DNA of 64,000 nucleotides from Cenarchaeum sp. (GTDB lineage Archaea; Thermoproteota; Nitrososphaeria; Nitrososphaerales; Nitrosopumilaceae): NCBI GenBank assembly GCA_965242695.1, contig CBDESU010000002.1, positions 1,536,001 to 1,600,000 of the forward strand, read 5' to 3'. Shown piece by piece: positions 57,907 to 64,000 of this stretch (position 1 is its first letter; each line of letters starts with the position of its first letter). The notes under the pieces were generated by a model. It saw only the letters and a program-made list of their open reading frames with translations, ran no database searches and was not told where the DNA came from. The position numbers and the translations under genes were made by a program.

Positions 57907-58299
57907 TTCCGGGATGCGACTGCATCCCTGTCCGGGACGCGCAGCCGGTCGTCGACACCTACCTACGGCCGATGGTTCCGGCCGGCACTGGGCCTCCGGA
58001 TGGCAGACTGCGAGGGTGCGGCGACAGGCGGGCGGGGCGGCGCAGGGGGCCGCCCGCCGTCCATGCGCGGGCATGCGCCCGCACTGCCCGCGCCTTGCGC
58101 AGCCGCGGCCCGGTGCGCAGGTGGGCGCCCGCCGCGGCATGCGAGCCGGCCGGCGGTTCAGCCGCCGTCAGGGACACGGGGGCCGCGCCTGCCCTGCCGA
58201 CCCGACGGACGCCCTCCCCGGCGGGCGCACCGCCTGCCCACTCCGCCCCCGCCGCCAGCCCTGGCTAGATCTTATATGCCCGCCCCCGCCCCGCGCGGC

Positions 58300-58422
58300 G
58301 TGGGCCTCAAGACAAAGGTGTTCGTTGTCGGGCCGCTGGCCGCCTTTGCCGCCGTCGTCTTTGGGTTTGCCGTCTACAACACGGTCTGCAAGAACGCGCA
58401 CGTCAACCTGCTCAACTGCTGA
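58300..58422 (+). CDS. Small single-TM protein (40 aa)
   Basis: MGLKTKVFVVGPLAAFAAVVFGFAVYNTVCKNAHVNLLNC; TTATAT box about 25 nt upstream. Confidence 0.55.
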   Translation: MGLKTKVFVVGPLAAFAAVVFGFAVYNTVCKNAHVNLLNC

Positions 58423-58471
58423 TCCGCGCGGCCCCGAGCACGTATAAGCGGGCGCCGCGCAGGCGCCCTGT

Positions 58472-58575
58472 GCCGGGGTCGCCTAGCCTGGTATGGCGCG
58501 CGCTTGGAAGCCGCATGCGGCCGCACAGCGCGTTCCCTCGCGGGAACGGGAGTTCGAATCTCCCTCCCGGCGCCA
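58472..58575 (+). tRNA. tRNA-Ser(GGA) with a 17-nt intron at 37/38 (58510-58526) and encoded CCA
   Basis: Acceptor GCCGGGG/TCCCGGC, discriminator G then CCA; anticodon stem CGCGC/GCGCG with loop TTGGAA; long variable arm TTCCC..GGGAA; T-arm GGGAG-TTCGAAT-CTCCC; TATAAG upstream. Confidence 0.92.
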
Positions 58576-58661
58576 CTATCCCGCCTGCGGGGCCGGCCGC
58601 CGCCCGGCGTGCCGCCCCGTGCCGCCCACCGGTTAATTAGATCGCCGCGTGCGGCCGCAAC

Positions 58662-60029
58662 ATGGCCGGGCGGTACGATGCGGCGATCGTCGGCGGCGGC
58701 GTGCTCGGCACGTCCGTCTCGTACTGGCTCAGCGAGCTGTACGACGCCCGCATCTGCGTCCTCGAGCGCGAGCCCGACGTGGCGATGCACACGAGCGGGC
58801 GCAACACGGGGGTCGTCCACTCGCCGTTCTACCTGGACCCCGACGCAAAGGCCGTGCTGGCCCGGGCCGCGCTCGCCTCGCACGGCATGTGGGAGTCGCT
58901 GTGCCGCGCGCGCGGCATCCCGTGGTCGCCGGTCGGGACGATCGAGGTGGCCACCGACGCGCGGCAGGCCGCCTCCCTCGGCCGGTACGAGCGGTGGGCC
59001 ACGCGCAACGGCATGCCGGACGGCTCGGTCGAGCTGCTAGACGGGCGCGACGTGGCGAGGCTAGAGCCCAACGTGCGGTGCCACTCGGCCCTGCGGTGCA
59101 CGAGCGACGCCTCGACGGACTATGCGGCGCTGACCCGGGCCGTGCGCGATGCGGCCGCGGCCAACGGCGTAGAGTTCCTGACGGGGCGGGCGGCCGAGCC
59201 GGCCGGCGGCCGGCGGGGCGCCGGCGCCTCCCTGCTGCTCGCGGCGGGGGCGGGCGGCGGCAAGCCCGGCGCGGCCGACGGCGCGATCGACGCGGCCCTC
59301 GTCGTCAACTGCGCCGGCGGCAGGTCGCTTGCGCTAGCCCAGGCGTTCGGACTGGCGGACGGATACGCCGCGCTCCACTTTCGCGGCGAGTACTGGACCG
59401 CGGCGCCCGGCCGCGCGGATCTGGTCGGCACGAACGTCTACTCGGTCGCGCGCCGGCCCGAGTTTCCGTTCCTCGACCCGCACTGGATACGGCGCGCCGA
59501 CGGCAGGGCCGAGATCGGGCCAAACGCCGTCCCCGTCCCCGCTCCCGACGCGTACGGAACGCCTGCCGTCGGGCCGGCCGCCGCGGCCGCCGCGGCCAGG
59601 TCCCTCTCGTCGCGCGCCGTCCGGCGCCTGTTCTCGAGCGCATCGTTCGTCTCGCTCGTCTCGGGCGAGCTGCTCAGCTCGCTCTCAAAGTCGGCGATGG
59701 TCGGGCGCGTCCGCCGGTTCATCCCGTCAGTCCGCCCGTCGTATTTTGCATCGCGCGGGACCGCGGGGATCCGGACGCCGGTCGTCTCGCCCGACGGCAG
59801 GTTCGTGCCGGATGTAATGGAGCTGGCAGGCGAGTCGTCGTTCCACGTCGTAAACTACAACTCGCCCGGCGCGACAGGAGCGCCGGCGTACTCTGCCCAT
59901 GCGGTGGCCGCGATGCGCTGCGCGGGGCTGCTCGACCACATGCGGGGGCGCGAGCGCGGCTCGGCCGGGCTCGCCGGCCCGCCGCGCCGGCTCGGCTGGG
60001 ACTTTGGCGATGCGGCCGGCCCCCAATGA
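58662..60029 (+). CDS. FAD-dependent oxidoreductase (L-2-hydroxyglutarate oxidase LhgO-like)
   Basis: IVGGGVLG, HTSGRNTGVVH, VNCAG, FRGEY, PFLDPH, GPNA, NSPGATG. Confidence 0.88.
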   Translation: MAGRYDAAIVGGGVLGTSVSYWLSELYDARICVLEREPDVAMHTSGRNTGVVHSPFYLDPDAKAVLARAALASHGMWESLCRARGIPWSPVGTIEVATDARQAASLGRYERWATRNGMPDGSVELLDGRDVARLEPNVRCHSALRCTSDASTDYAALTRAVRDAAAANGVEFLTGRAAEPAGGRRGAGASLLLAAGAGGGKPGAADGAIDAALVVNCAGGRSLALAQAFGLADGYAALHFRGEYWTAAPGRADLVGTNVYSVARRPEFPFLDPHWIRRADGRAEIGPNAVPVPAPDAYGTPAVGPAAAAAAARSLSSRAVRRLFSSASFVSLVSGELLSSLSKSAMVGRVRRFIPSVRPSYFASRGTAGIRTPVVSPDGRFVPDVMELAGESSFHVVNYNSPGATGAPAYSAHAVAAMRCAGLLDHMRGRERGSAGLAGPPRRLGWDFGDAAGPQ

Positions 60030-60057
60030 TTATATCGCCGCCTGCCGGCCGCGCGGC

Positions 60058-60378
60058 ATGCTCCCGGACAGGTGCTCGCTCGGCGAGGGCGGGCGGCGGT
60101 GCCCGAGCCCGCCCGAGTACGTCGTCTCGATCGTGGCCGGCGACGGCGAGTACATGGTCGGGGTCGCGTGCGGCAGGCACTCTGGCGAGGTGGCCGCAAG
60201 GGCCCGCGCGGCGCAGGCTGGCGGAGGCGCGCCGGCCGGCAGCGTGCGCCTCTCGCCGGTCAGGCCGGTCGGGACGGACTGCATACGCGGCTCGTGCGAC
60301 GACGACGGCGCGGCCGCCGCCCCTATAGTCCCCTCTCCCGCCCCCACTGCCGCCGATGCCCGCCGTGCACCCCGCTAG
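60058..60378 (+). CDS. Conserved thaumarchaeal Cys-containing hypothetical protein
   Basis: MLPDRCS...CPSPPEYVVSIV...EYMVGVACGRH...VRPVGTDCI; I recall this pattern from Nitrosopumilus hypotheticals. Confidence 0.7.
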   Translation: MLPDRCSLGEGGRRCPSPPEYVVSIVAGDGEYMVGVACGRHSGEVAARARAAQAGGGAPAGSVRLSPVRPVGTDCIRGSCDDDGAAAAPIVPSPAPTAADARRAPR

Positions 60379-60588
60379 CCGCCGCGCATCCGGCGCGCGG
60401 ATGCCGGAGGCCGCCGCCGCGCGCAGCTCCCTGCCCGCCCCGATCGCCGCCTGGAGGGAAGGGATGGGGTGGGGATGGGGATGGAGATGGAGATGGGGGT
60501 GTGGCGCAACCCCTCCGGCATCCGCATCGGCATCCCTGACGGGCAGACGCGAGACTATAATAGGCGGCTTTTTGGGCGGCGGACGGAA

Positions 60589-62160
60589 ATGTCGGGGAAG
60601 AAGGCACCCGTAGGCGGCGCGTTGCGCGCCGGCCGAGGCGCCGGCATCCTGGCCGTTGCGGCCGTGCTGTCGATCGCCTCCTTGGCGGGGGCGGGCATGC
60701 TGTTGCACGGCGCGCTGCCCGCGGCAGATGCCCAGTCCGCCGACGCAGAGCAGCGCATGCTCACGACGATCACCGCGCTGCCGTCGCACACGAACACGGC
60801 CAACCTGCTTGCTGCCGACGACGACGGCGACGGCACTGGCGACGGCGACGGCACTGGCGACGGCCCTGCCGTAGTAGCACCCGTAGTCGTCGCGGCGCCG
60901 GCACCTGCGTTCAGCGCCGGCGGAGGCGGCGGCGGGGGCGGTGGAGGCGGCGGCGGCGGCTCGGCGGCCGGCACCGCTGTCGGCACTGACGCCGTGGTCT
61001 ATTCTGTCAGCTGGGACTGCGACGAGGGGTACACGCGCATAGTAATGTCCGAGGGGACGGGGTACGACGTGCAGGTCGTCTCGGCCCAGGGCAGGATGTC
61101 TGCCGTGGAGGCGGCAGAGCAGAACCTAGAGGGCCGGACCGTCTTTGAGGCCGACTATGTAGAGGGCCTCTTGTCGCTGAGGGCGTTTGTGGTCGACGGG
61201 CGCTCGGTGCAGAGCGTCTCAAAGACCGTCCAGACGGGCGAGTCGTGCGCCGGCGAGCGCGTCTTTGCGGTGTACGGCGCCGAGGCGGCGCCCGATGCGG
61301 ATGCCCCCTCGGCGCCCGCGGGCGACCGGGATGCCGGGATTGCGCCGTTCGTCGACCCTCTCAAGGATCCGCTGTCGTACGTGGAGCGCTACGCGACCGA
61401 CGAAGAGTACCGCGAGTGGTTTGAGGATACGCATGCGGCCGAGTACGGGACGATCTGCGCGGCGGTCGGGCTAGCCGACGGCTGCGTCGAGCAGTACATG
61501 GAGATGGCATCTGCGCTAGAGGAGGAAGGGGATGCGGGCATGGATGCCGATTCGGCGCCGGCGCCCGGGGACGCGGGCGCGGACGACCGGCCGGCGCCGC
61601 CTCCGATGCCAGACGGCGATGACACGGCGGCCGGCGATGCGGGTGGCGCAATGGGAGACGATGCCGCCGAGCCGCCTGGCGGCGCGGACACTGGGGACCA
61701 GGCGGCATTCGACGATGCGGCCGCCGGCGACAACGGCGGATGCCTGATTGCAACGGCCGCCTACGGGACCGAGCTGGCCCCGCAGGTGCAGGCGCTCCGC
61801 GAGGTGCGCAATGCGGCGCTGCTAGAGAGCGCGTCGGGAGCGGCGTTCATGTCTGGCTTTGACGCCGCGTACTATGCGTTTTCGCCGGCCGTGGCCGACC
61901 TGGAGCGCGAGCACCCCGCGTTCCGCGCCGCCGTCGCGATGCTCGTCGCCCCGATGGTCGCGACGCTGTCCGTCCTGATGCCGATGGCCGACGGCGGATC
62001 CGAGGCGTCGGTGCTACTGTACGGGATTGCATCGATTGCGGCCGTGGCCGGCATGTACGTGGCCGCGCCGGCCTACGCGGCGCACCGCGTGCGCCTGGCG
62101 CTTGCGGCGCGGCGCTGCGGCGGAGGCCGAGCCGGCCCCGCCGGCGCGACGAGGGCCTGA
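60589..62160 (+). CDS. CFI-box-CTERM surface protein
   Basis: Signal peptide; poly-Gly linker; FVDPLKDPLSYVERY repeat; GGCLIATAAYGTELAPQVQALREVR...YYAFSPAVAD...TM. Confidence 0.88.
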   Translation: MSGKKAPVGGALRAGRGAGILAVAAVLSIASLAGAGMLLHGALPAADAQSADAEQRMLTTITALPSHTNTANLLAADDDGDGTGDGDGTGDGPAVVAPVVVAAPAPAFSAGGGGGGGGGGGGGGSAAGTAVGTDAVVYSVSWDCDEGYTRIVMSEGTGYDVQVVSAQGRMSAVEAAEQNLEGRTVFEADYVEGLLSLRAFVVDGRSVQSVSKTVQTGESCAGERVFAVYGAEAAPDADAPSAPAGDRDAGIAPFVDPLKDPLSYVERYATDEEYREWFEDTHAAEYGTICAAVGLADGCVEQYMEMASALEEEGDAGMDADSAPAPGDAGADDRPAPPPMPDGDDTAAGDAGGAMGDDAAEPPGGADTGDQAAFDDAAAGDNGGCLIATAAYGTELAPQVQALREVRNAALLESASGAAFMSGFDAAYYAFSPAVADLEREHPAFRAAVAMLVAPMVATLSVLMPMADGGSEASVLLYGIASIAAVAGMYVAAPAYAAHRVRLALAARRCGGGRAGPAGATRA

Positions 62161-62186
62161 TTCGCGGGAATGCGGGGGCGCGGGCA

Positions 62187-62936
62187 ATGCCTGGCACCGA
62201 CAGCGGCGGCCCCGCCGGCGCCGAGATCACGATCGAGCAGATGTACCGGATCGAGAACGCCGGCCACGACATGGGGTTTCCAAAAAAGTTCATGATGGAG
62301 AATGCGGGCGCGGCCGTGGCCCGGCGCACTGTCGAGGAGCTGGGCGGCTCGGCCGCGGGGAAGAGCGTGCTGGTCCTTGCCGGCCCCGGGAACAACGGCG
62401 GCGACGGCCTGGTCGCCGCGCGGCACCTGGCGGGGCGAGGCGCCGACGTGACGGCGGTGCTCCTGCTCGGAAGAAGCGGTCGCATCAAGACCGAGGAGTG
62501 CTCTTGGAACTGGTCGCTACTCGGCCGCATGCCGTCGGTGCGCACGGCCACGGTGTCCGCCGCTGCCGCGCCGGGCCCCTCGGCGGCCCTTGCGGACGCC
62601 TCGCCTCGGTCCCCCGACGCCATGGTCGATGCGATATTCGGCACGGGCCTGTCGGGGCCGGTGGCCGAGCCGTTCGCGTCCGCGATTGCCATGATCAACG
62701 CCAGGTCGTGCCGAGCCGTCGCCGTCGACTCGCCCTCGGGGCTGGACTACTCGGCCGGCAATGCGGGTGGCGGCGCCGGCGGCGGAGGAGGAGGGCAGCC
62801 GTGCGCAAGGGTCGATGCGACCGTGACGTTCCACCGCGCCAGGTCGGGCCTGTCGGCCCATGCCGACCTGACCGGCATCCTCCATGTCGAGCCGATCGGC
62901 ATACCGCCAGAGGCGGAGCGGGGCGTGCTGGATTGA
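62187..62936 (+). CDS. nnrE: NAD(P)H-hydrate epimerase (YjeF_N)
   Basis: MMENAG, GPGNNGGDG, VDAIFGTG, AVDSPSG, TVTFH, IGIP. Confidence 0.92.
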   Translation: MPGTDSGGPAGAEITIEQMYRIENAGHDMGFPKKFMMENAGAAVARRTVEELGGSAAGKSVLVLAGPGNNGGDGLVAARHLAGRGADVTAVLLLGRSGRIKTEECSWNWSLLGRMPSVRTATVSAAAAPGPSAALADASPRSPDAMVDAIFGTGLSGPVAEPFASAIAMINARSCRAVAVDSPSGLDYSAGNAGGGAGGGGGGQPCARVDATVTFHRARSGLSAHADLTGILHVEPIGIPPEAERGVLD

Positions 62937-63640
62937 GCGGCGGGCCGGCCGGCGGCCCGCCGGACGCAGCCGCGGCGGCCGCGGCGGCGGGATCTGTTGC
63001 CTCCGCCGGAACGCGCATAGTGCAGGTGCCGGTGGGCCACATGCGCAACTTTTCCTACGTCGTCGCCGACATGGAAAGCCGCCGGTGCGCCATAGTCGAC
63101 CCCTCGTGGGACCTTGACCTGGTGTACGCGGCGGTGGAGGAGTCGGGCTGCAGGCCGCGTTACATCGTCAACACGCACCACCACTTTGACCACACCACCG
63201 GCAACGAGGAGGCGGCCGCCCACACGGGCGCCGAGATCGTCCGGCACGCCGCCTCGCCGCTCGGAGGCGACTCTGTCGTGTCCGACGGCGACGTGGTCGA
63301 GGTCGGCGGCGCGCGCTTGGACGTGCTCCACACGCCGGGCCACTCGGAGGACAGCATATGCCTGGTCGCCAAATCGCACGCCCCTGACGGCGCGGTGCTC
63401 ACGGGCGACACGCTGTTCGTAGGCGGCTGCGGCCGGGTCGACCTTCCGGGCGGCAGCGCGCGCGCCCTGTACCGGAGCTTGTTCGGCGCGCTAGCCGGGC
63501 TCGACGGGGCGCTTGCAGTGTACCCCGGCCACGACTACGGCCCGTCGCCGACCTCTACTCTGGCCCGCGAGAGGCGCACCAACTTTGCCCTCCAGCCGCG
63601 CACCGAGGATGAGTTTGCCGCGGCCATGGGCGGCGGGTGA
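62933..63640 (+). CDS. MBL-fold metallo-hydrolase (glyoxalase II-like)
   Basis: NFSY, THHHFDH, HTPGH, TGDTLF, GRVDLPGG, YPGHDY; start uncertain. Confidence 0.88.
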   Translation: MSGGPAGGPPDAAAAAAAAGSVASAGTRIVQVPVGHMRNFSYVVADMESRRCAIVDPSWDLDLVYAAVEESGCRPRYIVNTHHHFDHTTGNEEAAAHTGAEIVRHAASPLGGDSVVSDGDVVEVGGARLDVLHTPGHSEDSICLVAKSHAPDGAVLTGDTLFVGGCGRVDLPGGSARALYRSLFGALAGLDGALAVYPGHDYGPSPTSTLARERRTNFALQPRTEDEFAAAMGGG

Positions 63641-63644
63641 GCCG

Positions 63645-64000
63645 GTGTCCGGCGCGCCGGGCGGCCGCCCCGGGCCGCCGAGCCGGCCGCCGCCCCGGGC
63701 CGCAGAGCCGGCCGCAGAGCCGGCCGCTGCAGCCTGCCCGTCGGTTCCCCCGTGCGTCGCTGTGCTCGCGGGCGGCCCGGGTGGCGGGGGCCGCGCGCCG
63801 TCCCATGCGGCCCTGGCCGCGGCCGAGCGGTTCTGCGGCCGCGTCCGCCGCGGCAGGTTCCTGTTCGTCCTGGTCGCCTCGTACACTGCAACGTGCGAGG
63901 TGCCGGGCATATCGTGCGCGGGGGCCGGCCCCGAGGCGATGCGCCTCACGCCGCCGGCCGATGCCGAGCTCGTCCACTACGGGTACTGCCCGTCCCTGGG
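63645..64000 (+). CDS. cobT: Archaeal nicotinate-nucleotide-dimethylbenzimidazole phosphoribosyltransferase (CobT-like), N-terminal part, runs off the window edge
   Basis: Manual translation: FLFVLVASYTATCEVPGISCAGAGPEAMRLTPPADAELVHYGYC. Not in the ORF track. Confidence 0.8.
   Translation, partial: MSGAPGGRPGPPSRPPPRAAEPAAEPAAAACPSVPPCVAVLAGGPGGGGRAPSHAALAAAERFCGRVRRGRFLFVLVASYTATCEVPGISCAGAGPEAMRLTPPADAELVHYGYCPSL

Noticed and set aside
46407-58575. Provirus or integrative element anchored at tRNA-Ser
   Set aside because: No integrase, capsid or replication genes, no duplicated tRNA end seen, and a typical PEFG-CTERM gene lies within the interval.

Overview
Very GC-rich chromosomal segment from an ammonia-oxidising archaeon (Nitrososphaerota, most likely Nitrosopumilaceae). 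The call rests on thaumarchaeal nirK, the LysW-based lysine/arginine cluster, split metH, divergent FtsZ, rpl39e-rpl31e, PEFG-CTERM and CFI-box-CTERM proteins and an intron-containing tRNA-Ser(GGA). The GC level and giant repeat proteins suggest a Cenarchaeum-like sponge symbiont (inference). Separate accessory islets, often lower in GC, interrupt the housekeeping backbone: (1) a PD-(D/E)xK-nuclease-STAND NTPase beside a decayed DUF262 gene; (2) an AAA_14/DUF4143 ATPase behind a 34-bp tandem array in which every unit carries a TATA box; (3) an AbiE pair between the two metH halves; (4) a RelE-like pair; (5) a wHTH / HTH / glycine-zipper / giant TPR-PIN locus next to an IS5 remnant; (6) a second related PIN gene with its partner. 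The best candidates for undescribed biology are the TPR-PIN locus, the TATA-box array with its ATPase, and a 2.4-kaa surface protein whose ATG and signal-peptide n-region are put out of frame by a G11 tract (possible phase variation). Several real genes are missing from the ORF track: lysW, rpl39e, the edge-truncated homocitrate synthase and cobT, and some small peptides. All family calls come from motifs recognised by eye; no searches were run.
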